DNA of 64,000 bases from Octopus sinensis (Eukaryota), in the NCBI RefSeq assembly GCF_006345805.1, contig NC_043000.1, positions 36,518,001-36,582,000 of the forward strand, written 5' to 3'. The notes below the pieces were generated by a model. It searched no databases and was not told the DNA's origin. It saw nothing but the letters and a program-made list of their open reading frames with translations. Shown piece by piece: positions 50,755 to 64,000 of this stretch. Numbering within the stretch: the first letter of the stretch is position 1; each line of letters begins with the position of its first letter. The translations under genes were made by a program, and so were the position numbers.

Positions 50755-50794
<40 letters not shown>
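48433..50794. repeat. 1166-bp near-identical tandem duplication bounded by (TTA)n
   Basis: ATAGTTGTTGTTTGTG starts at 48451 and 49617; the ORF pairs are offset by 1166. The one difference I noted is a homopolymer length (GGGGAAAAC vs GGGGAAAC). Confidence 0.97.
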
Positions 50795-50796
<2 letters not shown>

Positions 50797-52129
50797 GGAA
50801 AGAAAGAGAAATGCATCAATTCTGGATATAATCCGTTACTTAGTTCCAGGATCGAACCTACGAATATATGAACCCAATCTCATAACAACAAGAGCATATA
50901 TGTACCGATGAAAGTTTCTTTGATATGTTTAGTCATTATCTGTCACCATAGTTACCCTCGATTACCTTCTATTACCTTGCATAATCTAGACAGTTTATTT
51001 AACTCCATATTGATTTCAAATTGAGACACAATGGCAGTGATTTCAGGAAAGGTGGGGGAGGGGTGGACAAGTCAATTATATCGACACTAGTGTCCAACTG
51101 GCACCTATTTGATCAATCTCGTAATGATGGAAGACAAAGTCGACATTAACAGTATTTGAACGCATCACGTAAAGAGCACTCTTTCGATAGACATGTTGAT
51201 GTCATGAGTGCAATTACTAAACTTTCAATTTTTTATTTCATTTTTTTTTACTGCATTTCAATAGTGCATCTGTTCTCTCGACAGCGTACAAGGGCATATG
51301 TAAAACAACGTCCTTTATTTTTTAATCATTATCTGCTGATATCGAAAGAGGTAGTATATTGAAAAATAAAAGTATTTTCGAGGGGGTGGGCATTTATGAC
51401 TCCAACGGCCAAAATGTGTTGAGAACCTTTGGTTTAGATTAATACAGGTGACATGTTTATCTGGCATGATGGTAGTCCTATAGATAGCGTTATCCTTTCA
51501 CTAAAGATGCAAGGATCATGTATTGTACGCTTCAAACGTATTCTGCTCAACGACAGACAATCTGGACTAAATAACGGAAACAGCTGTGATTTTGTAGAAG
51601 TCTGTGTCTATGTTTGTATTTTCATCGCATTTAAAAGACATGCGATTACACAAAAGCAGTAGACTTCCACGAGATGGCACGCCAGTAGATTCAAGGAACA
51701 AACTTCAGTTATAAAACTTTCTAGCAAAACAACAAAAAAATAAAATAACGCAGGACCTGAACGAGACGGGGTTAAATTTTGTTTTGTTTTATTTTATTTT
51801 ATTCTAAAATTTTGTTAACAATTCATCAATACGAAACATGGACATTCTGGTTTGAAGAATTTCTGAAATCCCAGCAGTGAAAACTCCTGCTTGGAAAATA
51901 TTAACAAACACTAACACAGCACATTTGGGTTGTTGGTGGGACAAGGTTTCAGATGGTTATTTATATTAGAAACTAACTTATCGCAATACCATGTCTCGAA
52001 GAAGAAATATGGAAGTCTAGGAGTTGGCATGATCGAGTGTGCGTCGGACCAAATGCTCTGAGGCATTTCTTCCGACCAAACCTTTGTGAGTGGATATGAT
52101 ATGAGACGGAAACTGAAGGAAGCCCGTCG

Positions 52130-52696
52130 TATATATATAATATATAGGTATGTATGTATATATATATGTATGTATATATATATGTATGAATGTATATATA
52201 TATATGTATGAATGTATATATATATATATATGTATGTATATATATATGTATGAATATATATATGTATGAATATATATATATATATATATATTTATATGTA
52301 TATGTATGTATGTGTATATGTATGTGTATATGTATGTATATGTATATATGTGTATGTACGTGTATATATATATGTGTGTATGTATATATATGTATGTATA
52401 TGTTTATGTATATATATGTATGTATATATGTATGTATATATGTGTATATATATGTGTATATATATGTGTATATATATGTATGTATATATATGTATGAATA
52501 TATATATGTATGAATATATATATATATATATATTTATATGTATATGTATGTATGTGTATATGTATGTGTATATGTGTGTATATATATATGTGTATGTATA
52601 TATATGTATGTATATGTGTATGTATATATATGTATGTATATGTGTATGTATATATATGTATGTATATGTGTATGTATATATATGTATGTATATGTT

Positions 52697-52727
<31 letters not shown>

Positions 52728-52740
52728 GTTTGTATGTATG
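52130..52740. repeat. (TA)n/(TATG)n microsatellite
   Basis: Direct reading. Confidence 0.97.
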
Positions 52741-54173
52741 TGCTTGTTCCTGCACCGTCGCTTAGCAACGGATGTTGGTGTGTTTATGTCCCCGTAACTT
52801 AGCGGTTCGACAAAAGAACCCGATAGAATAAGTGCTAGGCTTACAAAGAATAAGTCTTGGCGTTCGACAAAGGCAGTACTCCAGCATGGCCGCAGTCAAA
52901 TGACTGAAACAAGTAAAAGAATATATGTATATATAGCCAAAATTCCCAATCTTCCCTTTTCCTTCAGAGTGTGTGTGTGTGTTCATAGTTGTAACGAATT
53001 TGCTCCAAAAAAATAAAAATGGTTATTGATTAAAGTGTTGTTCTCTTTTTGTTGGTTGTTAAACGAGATTATTGTGTTTATGCAAAGTAGAACTCGATGT
53101 GTATTCTGCAAATGTTATTATTGTAATGATGTAGAGTAGTGTGGTACATATGTTTTGTATTATTGCATTATTGCATTGAGCGCCATCTATAGGATATTAT
53201 TGTATTCGTTCTTTTATAGAATTGCTATTGAATTAGGGCAGTGTTTTATAGAATTTGTACTGTGCCGAGGGGAGTAACTCATTAGGTTACATGTAAAGTT
53301 AGGAGCCCTGTGTTAGTGATTCTGTGTTTGTTAATTTGAATTTATGTTACACTCGCTCTATATATTATCGACCTTTTTGCTTTGTCCTCGTTTCAATCTT
53401 TAGACTACGACCATGCTGGAGCACCGCCTTGAAACATTTTTAGTCGAATGATTCGATCTAATCTACTTATCTTTTTTAGTTTGGTACTTATTTCTCCTTT
53501 CTCTTTTTCTGAGCCGCTTAGTTCAGGTAATGTGAACACGCCAACGGCGGTTGTGTAGCGGTGAATGGGAGCAAACACCCACACAAACCACGAGCTTCTT
53601 TCAGTTTCCGTCTACCAAATCAACTCACAAGACTTTGGTCGGCCAGAGTATGTAGTGGAAGACACTTGCCCAAGGTGCGATGTAATAGGACTGGAGCCAG
53701 AACCGTGTGGTTGAGAGGTAAGCTTCTTACCACACAGCCACGCCTGCGCTTAGGCTGTTTATATTTTCGTGATTTTCAGTTTCTTTTCGAGAAACTTTCG
53801 ATTCGAATCGCAAAGCCCACGTTTTCGCTGTCTGTCAAGATAGACTATTGCAGCTTTACTATCGAGACATTTAGAAATATTTATATTTTTATTCTCAGGT
53901 TTGTTGGTGGGATGGGGTTGCGCTTTTAGTATGTTCCACCCAAGTCCCACTGTTGAAGTCTGTAGATATATTTAGCCTCTATGACCACGTGACAGTTTAA
54001 CTTTAAATGATCTGTTGTTTTCAATGCAAAATCTTCAGTTTATATTAGACTTAGCTGAAGAAACATAAGATCACATGGCATCAATAAAATGCGAGGTTCC
54101 CTAATTTGGTCGCTCGACATTCAAATCACACCCTACCGTCGTACAACGTGAACATATTTGCTAATGTCGCCCA

Positions 54174-54204
<31 letters not shown>

Positions 54205-54208
<4 letters not shown>

Positions 54209-55489
54209 GTTGTCCGGAATGTTCGTGCCGCTTTATAATAGCTTACCTTTCGACTTATTTTAGAACCTGGTTGAGTCCATAAAATAGGATTTGACTACAC
54301 CTCCATTTAGAGCAGAGTTTAAGCTATCTTTTCGTGGAAGAAGGTTTATGTTCCTATAACCTGTGCTAATACTGTAAGCCGTTAAAATGGGAAATAAGAA
54401 AGTTCATTTTCGGTACTTGATGCTTTTCTTTTTCCATAAGGGGGAAAAATGCCTCACAAGCAACCAAAGAAATATGCGCAATTTACGGTGATGTTTCTTT
54501 ATCCGAAAGAATTGTACGGAAGTGGTTCGCAAGGTTCCGTGCTGGAGATTGTAGCCTTATTGATAAAGACTGATCAGGCAGACCATCCACTACGGATGAT
54601 GACCAAATCAAGTCATTAATTGAGTATATCCCACATTGCACAACCCGAGAATTAGCAGAAAGCCTCAACCTATCAAATTCCGTTGTTCATGAGCACCTGG
54701 TAAAGCATGGGAACACAAATCGCTATGATGTTTGGGTACCATACGAGTTGAGTGAGAAGAACCTTTTGGATCGCATTTCCATCTGTGATTCGCTTTATAA
54801 ACGGAAGGAAAACGCGCCTTTTTTAAAGGTGAGGAGAAATGAAATATCTACCGAAATGTTCAGAGAAAGCGACCCTGGAGTAAGCGATATGAGCCGCACT
54901 TAGACACCCCCAGAGCGGGTTTTCACCCTAAAAAAAGTTTTGCTTTGTGTCTGGTGGGATTGAAAAAGGAATTATGTACTATGAGCTTCTCCCAAGTAAC
55001 CAGACAATTAATTCTAAGAAATATTGCATACAACTGGACGATTTAAAAGCAGCAATTCAAGAGAAACGTCCAGCATTGGCCAACAGGAAGGGTGTTGTTT
55101 TCCAACATGATAATGCAAGACCGCACATTTCTGTGGGAACCAGACAAAAATTGCTGCAGCTCGGCTGGGATGTGTTATCCCACCCTCTATATTCACCAGA
55201 TATTGCTCCTTCGGATTTCCACTTATTCAGGTATCTGCAAAATAGTCTTAATGGTAAACATTTCAATTCCTTGGCTGACATAAAAAGCTACCTTGATGAA
55301 TTCTTTGCCATGAAACCACCTCAATTCTAGGAAGAGGATATTTTCAAGTCAAAGGAAATATGGAGACATATTGTGCAACAAAATGGTAGCACAATGCGTT
55401 GATGTTTTGGGCTGATTAAAAATGTTATGGCAAGTATTTATTGACCTTTTTCTTTCCTTTAAAAATCGGCACGAACTTTCCGGACAACC

Positions 55490-55492
<3 letters not shown>
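54205..55492 (+). mobile_element. Full-length mariner (D,D34D) transposon, transposase pseudogene ~54387-55402
   Basis: 26-bp TIRs with 1 mismatch (TTGGGTTGTCCGGAA(T/A)GTTCGTGCCG), inserted in (TA)n. Motifs HDNARPH and YSPDIAPSDFHLF; frameshifts and stops. Confidence 0.95.
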
Positions 55493-55529
<37 letters not shown>

Positions 55530-55544
55530 ATATATATATATATA

Positions 55545-55583
<39 letters not shown>

Positions 55584-56378
55584 AGAGGAGGAACGTTTAG
55601 GAATAGGATTGGCCAAGTGATCCAGATAACTTTGATGAAATCCAAATAAGGTCTCTAAAACAAATTGTTAAATATGAATTAATAGTTCCAGTTCTTTGAA
55701 ACCAAAGTTGTTGTGCATATAAACAGATTGGCCCCTTGTTTCGCTTGTGTTAATCAAGTGACGTACACAGCGCTGATAAGACTCCAATAATGATCAAAAT
55801 TCGATTAAAGCTGTTCGTTATTTTTTATGAGTTTCCGGACAAAAAAGGAAATTCGACATGTTTGTATGTTTCTTACATAGATTAACTTATAAATTACCAC
55901 AGGTTCTTTTTTAGTCAGAACCATCTTCAGACTGAAACATCTTTTAGCTGGGAGTATTTCTGTTCTTATTCTTACTCACTTTGTTCTCATCCTCGGTGTT
56001 CAATCTCGATGGATAATTATCATGGTGAGTTTTCTCTCTCTAGATTTTTTTTGAGGTATGGTTAGACATTCTGCATTCATTCTATCGCTGCTTTCTTGTA
56101 CCGTTTCTGACATTTTCTCTTTATCTATAACATTTTCTCCAGCATAATTAACTTCGACATATTTCCATACTGTTTCCTTATATTACAAGAAAAGATATAT
56201 GAATACTTCAACTTTCCTGACTGCACTAATGAATCTACCTCTGTTCTTTTCTACCTACTGTTCATCATTCGCTATTATAGTAAGAATACGGTGTAGTATT
56301 AAAAATCATGGCATTAGCGATTGGAATAAACGACGTAATTTGTATGCTGTGCACATCATCGCTATTGTTCATATGCTG

Positions 56379-56409
<31 letters not shown>

Positions 56410-56956
56410 TATATATGATGTATAAATAAATAAGTACTGGAGTAATGGTTACGTATTAGTCTACATCTTTTAATCATTCCTAAAATGTCAATTATTATGC
56501 TATTTTTTTTTCTGTCTTCAATCCTATCATGATAGATATATTTTCGATTCCGCGAATGCATTCTTCTATTTCTTTTCGAGATTTGTAGTTACATAAATTA
56601 AAAGATATTTTTTTTTTTACAATAATAGTTTACCGATTTGACATGTTCTCGATGCCTGCATCAATCGGTAGATTCCCATAATACAAAGAATATGTCAATT
56701 TTGTCATTCTCTGAAATCATTTCTGTGTACATTGGTGTCATTTCTGTTTTGTAGCTATTTCAATATGCTGGCATATTTCCCACTGTATAAAAGCTTAATC
56801 TTACTCTCTTTCTCTCGTTCGCTTTTATGTGTATGTCTATGAATGTATAAGTATGAACACTTGCATATATGTATATATGTAAGTATGTATTTATATGTAT
56901 ACATGTTGGTGTGTATGCTCATGTATGTATGTGCATGCATCCTCTCTCTCTCTCAT

Positions 56957-56988
<32 letters not shown>

Positions 56989-57051
56989 ATACTATAATGT
57001 TCCACGTCCTCGCGTTGTTGTGTTTTTTTGTGCTTTCTTGTTTGGATTAAC

Positions 57052-57123
<72 letters not shown>

Positions 57124-57301
57124 CCGTTACTTAGCGGTTGGCAAAGAGACCGATAGATAGAATAAGTACTGGGCTTACAAGAATAAGTCCTGGGGTCGAT
57201 TTGCTCGACTAAAGGCGGTGCTCCAGCATGGCCGCAGTCAAATGACTGAAACAAGTAAAAGAGAAAAGAGAAAAGAGAAATATATATATATATATATATT
57301 A

Positions 57302-57336
<35 letters not shown>

Positions 57337-57444
57337 CGCGTATGTGTTTCTGTATTCTGTTTTGGTTTTGTGATGGTCGTTTTATCATAACGTTCAGATA
57401 TAGTGAGGTTAAGTCGTGTATTGTGGTTGTCCATTGTATGTGGT

Positions 57445-57845
57445 AAGGACGGCGAGTTGGCAGAAACCTTAGCACGCCGGGCGAATATGATTCGCGATAT
57501 TTCGTGTGTCGCTACGTTCTGAGTTCAAATTCCGTCGAGATCGACTTTCCCTTTCATCCTTTCGGGGTCGATTAAATAAATACCAGTTACGCACTGGGGT
57601 CGATGTAATCGACTTAATCCGTTTGTCTGTCCTTGTTTGTCCTCTCTGTGTTTAGCCCCTTGTGGGTAGTAAAGAAATAGATATTTCGTCTGCCGTTTAC
57701 GTTCTGAGTTCAAATTCCGCCGTGGTCGACTTTGCCTTTCATCCTTTCGGGGTCGATAAATTAAGTATCAGTTACGTACTGGAGTCGATCTAATCGACTG
57801 GCCCTCTCTCAAAATTTCGGGCCTTGTACCTAAAGTAGAAAAAAT
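57445..57845 (+). mobile_element. Composite family A SINE
   Basis: Head AAGGACGGCGAGTTGGCAGAAACCTTAGCACGCCGG followed by two cores. Confidence 0.85.
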
Positions 57846-60724
57846 TATATGTGGTAAGAAGTTTCCTGGAGAAACGCTTTACTTTCCAATTGCAATCAAA
57901 ATTATTGGAATCTTAGTCATGTGTTTCTCACGCTGTAACCCGGTTTTTGAAGATCCTTTTGAGTTTCGTTGTGTTCTACAGTTAGGTCGTCAACAGAAAA
58001 CCCAAGAAAAACTATTGTGTAAGGCTTCAAGATGGCAATCGACATCGGTTGAATCGAATTCCCTTCAATAATTCTTCGAGAGTTATTTTGTCTTTTTCCT
58101 GGAAGTAGAAGGGCGGTCGTCAAAGCAGTTTCGCCTCAAAACAAGAAATAGTTTAAGAATTTCTTACAAAAATTGGGTTTCACAGACATGTTTTGTTAAG
58201 TTTTTGACTGAAAGTAATCGATGTAATTAAATCGATCTTATCTTTTTGAATGTTGCTTTACCCAATCCAGATCAATAACAAGCAATAACCGAGATTTGAA
58301 CACAAAACCGCATAAACGCGGAAGAGCAGTTAAAAAATTTCGGCCACCTTCTCCTTATCACAGGTTTTCTTGAAACTGAGTAGGCGTTTATCTGATCGAA
58401 GTGACTTTGTCTACAAGTTCTTCATACAGCAGCTAGCATACACATCTAATATTCATCGACAAGGCTCAGGTGTGGCTGTGTGGTAAATTTGCTTCACAAC
58501 CAAATGGTTCCGGGTTCTGTTCCACTGCGTAGCATCTTTGGTATATGTCTTTTACAATAATTCCAGACCAGCCAAATTCTTGTGAGAGAATTTGCCTCTT
58601 GGTGATCCATATAAGATATGGTTAAAATTTATGTTCAATAAATTGCTTACACTCCTAGAATACACAAAATATTTTAACTTTATTGGTATAATTCTTCATA
58701 ATCTAAAAAAATAATCTAACGCTTCGAATAGCTGTGCGAGTACAGCAGATCAAAATAGGAACCAAAGGGGTAAAAATAGCTGTGAACCACTGGTCAAAGT
58801 TAATAAGAGGACCAGAGGCCAGCATCCAGGAATTGCAAAGAAATCATTAATTACACAGTATTACCACTGTTTTGATTTTGCTGCTGTGAGAATTGCAGAA
58901 GTCGTCCCTATAAACCCTCTATTTATATCTGGCTGGGGGATGGGGCCGGATTCAAACGTTTGTCTTCCAACCCACTAGTGGAAGGCAGGACTGGGTGGAT
59001 GGAATTGCTTGTGTATCGGGGAAATGCCTTGCTGTATTCCTTTCGCTATATTTCTGTCCTCAATTTTTGGTTAGAAGTAACAATCGCGGCCGCCACCGCC
59101 GCTACTGCAGTTACCAGTAAGCTTTTTATGTGTCTCTGTTTCGAGGCTAGCTACTCCCTTCCCGCCATCGGAAGGATCTCTTTATATTCTGTCTGTACTC
59201 TCAACATTATCGACATAATGTCGGCCAATTAGCATATTAGATGGAATACCACGCAGTATCTCTTCTGTCAGGACTTTGAGTTCAAATCCCATCGATGTTT
59301 TTTCTACGTATTATCCTTTTCTGGGGTTGAAGAAAATGCGCTAAACTTGAGAGGGTAGTTAACCAGCCTGTTTGAAAGTCGAAAGCTATGTCTTACGGCG
59401 TTTGTTCGACATAAACGCCAGCGATCTCGCTATGTTTTCCTCAGTCACTTGTCTTTTGCTTGGATAAATATCGTCGATGTGTAGTGAGGTGACTTGCATG
59501 CATTACCATCAATAGGATTTCCTCAAATAAATTTGCTCAGTCGTGTACATAAACGTCCTGATGGGTGACCAGCATTAACTAAATCTAGCCGTTCTTAAAT
59601 AAACAGTCTACTTGTGGAGTTAACTTGCATGTGGCTGAGCACTCCATAGACACATGCACCCTTACCGTAGTTCTCAGGGATATTCAGTGTAAGACAGAAT
59701 ACGACAAGCCTGGCCCTTTGAAATACAGGTACTACTCATTTTTGTTAGCTGAGTGGAGTGGAGAAACATGAAATAAAGGACAGGATACAACGCGTCACTC
59801 GGAATCGAACTCAGGACCTGACGATCGTGAGCCGGATACACTAACCACTAACCCAAGCAGTTATTTGCCATAGTTCCTTTCTCTGATTCAAATCCAATAT
59901 GCCCCACTTACTGAATATATAACCATGCTAACCATTGCACTATTTCACAAATATCACGGCTCTCTAACACATGTGCCATAAAAGTAGCAGCAGAACAAAA
60001 AAATCAATTTTTCTCTTCCATGTGGCAAGAACTGCATGTGGCTGCCGCCATCGTTGTAAAAAAAAAAGCCAAGAAGCCATTTATTGTTGATCGAGCTCAG
60101 CTTTGTCAATCAATAGTCCTAAATGGACGTACTACTTTCGACGTTTTCGTAATTAATTTAATAAAATTGAAAATAATTATAGAGGAAAAGACGGTGTAGA
60201 GAAACAACAGAAGCAAAAATATGAAACATAGGAGAAAGAAGAGGCAATGGAGGCGGTGGCGCGGGTAATATAATTACAGAAATAGAGGAATTAATGAAGT
60301 ATGTAAAAATAGAGTTGTTTAGCAGAAAATATAAAGAAAAAAAAAACAAAAAAAAACACCAATGTTACAGTAACTACTACTACTGCTACTAACTAACGAC
60401 GATATTAATGATTTTTATTTTGTAATAGCGATGATATTTTAATTAAGATAATAAGGATAATAATAATTGTTTCTGATTTAAGTACAAGGCCAGCAATTTT
60501 GAGAGAAGGCTATGGTGATGTCAATTGCATTGACGTCAGAACTTGACTGGAATTTTGTTTTATCGAAACGCGAAGGACGAAAACCAAAGTTGCCCTCGGT
60601 GACATTAGAACTGAAACTATAAGGAATCGCAAAAAATCGTGCAAAATGTTTTTGTCGGCGCTCTAAAGATTCTGTTTAGTCTCTGCCCATAATAATAATA
60701 ATAATAATTAATAATAATAATAAT

Positions 60725-61325
60725 GCATAATTTGACCAGTGCGTGCAAGGATTGTGTACTGTAGCATGGCTACCAGTTGTTGGACTACGTCCGGGTCCAC
60801 CCTGCTACACAGTGAGGCACCGGCCGGATGCGGCACTTTCACCATTGATTCTAGTCCCATTCACACCGTTATCGTCGTTTATTTTTCTTGGCATTTTCAC
60901 TCACAAATGAGGTGTGTTTTTAGGTTACTACCATCCGGTATTATTATTGAGACACAATCTCTATCAAGGTAGTCCGCCAAGGCGGCAGGGTCCATGCTCC
61001 CCTGGTTTGGGGCTTCGAGTGTTCCTTCTCCTGGGCTGCCTGCCACCCAAGGCTAACGAGTGCAGCCTGCCCGGAGCATTGGTTATTTGGAGGCGCCACA
61101 TACTTGGTGACAACATACAACTAAAAAGATAATGGACGAAAAACGGAAAACAAAAATCTTCTGGGACTTTGATTTCCAGACAAGGTATTTGAGCACCGAA
61201 GGCCGGATATAGCAACCTTTAGGAGGGACAAACAAGAGTGCCTAATAATCGACGTAGCAATGCCAGGAGATTGACATATCATCATGAAAGAAAGAGAAAA
61301 AGTTGATAAATATGGAGACCTACGA
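60725..61325 (+). mobile_element. LINE-derived segment: GC-rich UTR-like part joined to a Dong/R4-like restriction-like endonuclease fragment
   Basis: Starts after (TAA)n. 61130-61325 reads KIFWDFDFQT..RRPDIATF..CLIIDVAMPGD..KEREKVDKYGDL across a frameshift. Confidence 0.7.
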
Positions 61326-63420
61326 TGTGTCGCACACATCTGTCTCGCATCAGCTATCAATTGCCTGTCGTGGTCTGGCAAGTATCGGATCGTGGATTTA
61401 TCGCCACGTTGTGCTTCTCCACTCGTGCCCATTGAACGGCTTCCGTCCCTTTGTGTCTAAGTGCTCGTGTCTAAGCTCTGACAATGCAATCTTCGTGTTT
61501 CGCGTTGAAGATTTGTTTGAGTGCCAATCTCGCTGCGAGTCCGTCGGTCGCTATTCCTTTTCTAAAATCCTCGTCAAAGTTCTTGACTAGCTGTGCCTCT
61601 ACTGTTGGTCCTTTGCTAAACATTATTGACTCTATTCTAATTGCCCTTTTTAGGGCGAATCACCATTTATTATTTATTATTGCCCCTGTCAATGTCCTCT
61701 TAACTAGTTCACCAATCCGGTCACTGAAAACTTTACGCGCCGACGATGTGTTCAGGTTCCAGTAACCAGATCTATGTCGATGAAGCCAATCCAAGTCGAC
61801 TGTACAGATCATGAATTTGTGGTCAGTGTAGGCGACTACGTTAAACCGTGGACAACCTATGCTATCCTTATCTTATACTCTACAGAATACTCTATCTAGA
61901 TACGGTCTGGATGACCCGATGCGATTGGACCAGGTCCACACTAGCACGTCCGGGATACCAGTCGATATCTATCAGACATTTGAAATCGTCTGAGCAGTTT
62001 TGCGAGGCTTTTGCAACCCCTCTTCTATCTGATAAACCTACACTGTCTAACCTTACATCTAAAACTCCATTCCAGTCCCTCACTAACACTATAGAACGGG
62101 ACGTTCCTAGGAAGATTTCCAGACAGCTGAAGACATCTGGTCGTTCTTCCCTTGTCGAGGCATAAAAGGCAATTAACCTGAAAGTATGTCCTTCGCTGCC
62201 TGTCACGTCCAGGACCACCGACTTACCTTCCGGATCCAAGAAGATCGTCTGTATTGCAAGATCCAGATTTTTTCCGAACCGTCACGGTAACTCCGCCTCC
62301 CGCTCCTGGACGACTTGAAGATGCGTATACCTCAAAGTCAGCGTAAATGGGTTGGAAGTCCAGTGAGTTAGAAATTCTGGTTTCACTCATGGCCACCACG
62401 TGGGAATTGGGTTTTTAAGTATGTGTATGTGTTTTTGTTGTTTGAATGATTTTTATGTGTGCAGGTAGGGGGTGGGGTCTGATAAAATCTTCTGCTGTAA
62501 TGTTTGTGTGTGTTATTTTGAACTTCATCAATTCATTGTTTTTTTGTGCTTAATTTATGTTAGTTGTTCATGTTATTTTGTGTGTGGGATGGCTTGTGTT
62601 TCAGGTGTTAGAGGTCGGGGTCCGATGCAGCGTTTGTTTCGAGTGTATTTGTTTTTCTTGTTTTGATTTTTCCCCCCTCTACTTCTTGTGTGGATGAGAA
62701 TTACTGTTGTTTGTTCATATGTTTTTTTTTCTTTGTGTCTCTTTTCCGTGTTTTTTGTTTTCAATTTCCACTCTACATTGCCGTCCAGCTTTCCACCTGT
62801 GATGTCCACCCACCGCGCATCAGGAAGTGGAACATCGAGCATTGAGAAGTGTTTAGGGAAAATTCGGTGTCGGTTGTTGGTGTTGCCACAGCTGAATCTA
62901 CTGATGGTGCTGCTGCTGCTGTCGCTCCAGTTCTGGTGGTTGTCTCTCTTTTTCAATCAGACTAGGGCAGAAAGGTTTTAAATGATTAGTCGAAAAGTAA
63001 ATATGGCACTCTGATTTCGTTCCATCTACCCTGACTGGAATTATGCTGCCTCCACGAAGAAGGATTTGGTCTAAGATGAGACCAACATTCCTTTGGGTCG
63101 TTTGGATGAGTTCTCTCGTCATCCCAGACCAGTTCTTCTTTTTGGTCTGACAGGTTAAGCGGATTTTCGAGTTTCCCCTCTATGCCTATTGTTATACTGC
63201 AGCAATTAGCCAAGGAATGGCTATTTCTGGCGGCACCTGGTGAATGATGATTTTGGCCAGACTCTGGCCGCAGAAGAAAGGAACCAACAACAGCTCCTCG
63301 CTTCTGGGAGCATTCAAAGAGTGATCTTTCGCTGCCTCCTCTGTGCGGAATCTAACCTCCACCGTCACATAGCCCCTTCGTTTAGATTCCACGCATCTCT
63401 ATATATACATGTGGATCCCT
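61326..63420 (-). mobile_element. Decayed bicistronic L1/Tx1-like LINE (ORF1 remnant + ORF2 endonuclease and linker), truncated at both ends
   Basis: ORF1 TVEVRFRTEEAAK, IHQVPPEIAIPWLIAAV and degenerate knuckle CHIYFSTNHLKPFC. Endonuclease VAMSETR, GGGVTV, FRLIAFYA, VLVRDWNGVLD. The linker is homologous to 15430-15550. Confidence 0.88.
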
Positions 63421-64000
63421 GTAATCTAGCAGCTATTATAAAGGAGATAAGCATCCCCTTGTCACTTGAGGCGGGGTTGAGATTATGATTCTGTAATCTA
63501 GGAATTACCAGGAATGTTTAGGAATTAGAATTCATGTATTTACCGTTTATTTCTAATTGAATGCGAATTTCTCATCGGTAATCTCGTATAGAACTATCTT
63601 ATTGTTTTAAGAAATCCTCAGCTTAATATAACCCTGTGATTTATTAATTAAACATTATTTTACGAAGTGTCATTTCATTAAAGATGAAATTAAGCACAAT
63701 CTAGAGACTTGTATATACATAGATATGTATGTGTGTATACATACATATGTGTTTGTGTATGTATAGGAATATATTTGTATGTGTATATATATATTAAATG
63801 ATACATACATATAGAAAAGGAAGAGGAGAAATCGTGTAAGGAAGAAAGAGAATAAGCGAATGATATATACATCTACCCCGACCCATGTTCAATTTTCTGT
63901 TTCGTCCTCTATTTTAGAGCGGTTCCATTGTATAGTTTTACCATCTCTACACTATAAAGTTCCATTAATTTTTCAGTACATTTCTTCAGTTTTTCACCTG

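Noticed and set aside
60970-61080. HDV-like ribozyme in a LINE 5' UTR-like segment
   Set aside because: Some helices are possible, but I could not build the nested double pseudoknot with P1.1 and J4/2.

Overview
This is repeat-saturated, AT-rich animal DNA. The SINE families look like those of Octopus, which is my inference from recognising the sequences. I could not identify any host protein-coding gene, true tRNA/rRNA gene or CRISPR array, and most long ORFs in the track are microsatellite artefacts. Contents: (1) An L1/Tx1-like retroelement family: a three-unit tandem array of a ~1.64 kb ORF1-only element (first copy has an intact 471-aa ORF with a CCHC knuckle; 18-bp TSD), a second diverged ORF1-only element inserted in a SINE head, an RT-deleted copy with a 20-bp TSD, an ORF2 3' end, and a decayed ORF1+endonuclease copy. 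Four of these share an AATAAA-terminated tail with no poly(A). (2) Short repeats carrying minimal type I hammerhead ribozyme motifs of the Penelope type, in two and possibly three families. One family is fused behind a tRNA-like Pol III head and occurs as long fold-back palindromes. (3) A near full-length decayed CR1-like LINE in a palindromic minisatellite, and a CR1 fragment. (4) Dong/R4-like LINE pieces at (TAA)n. (5) Two full-length decayed mariners and a mariner fold-back. (6) Many SINEs, large microsatellites and two local tandem duplications. All alignments and folds were done by eye.
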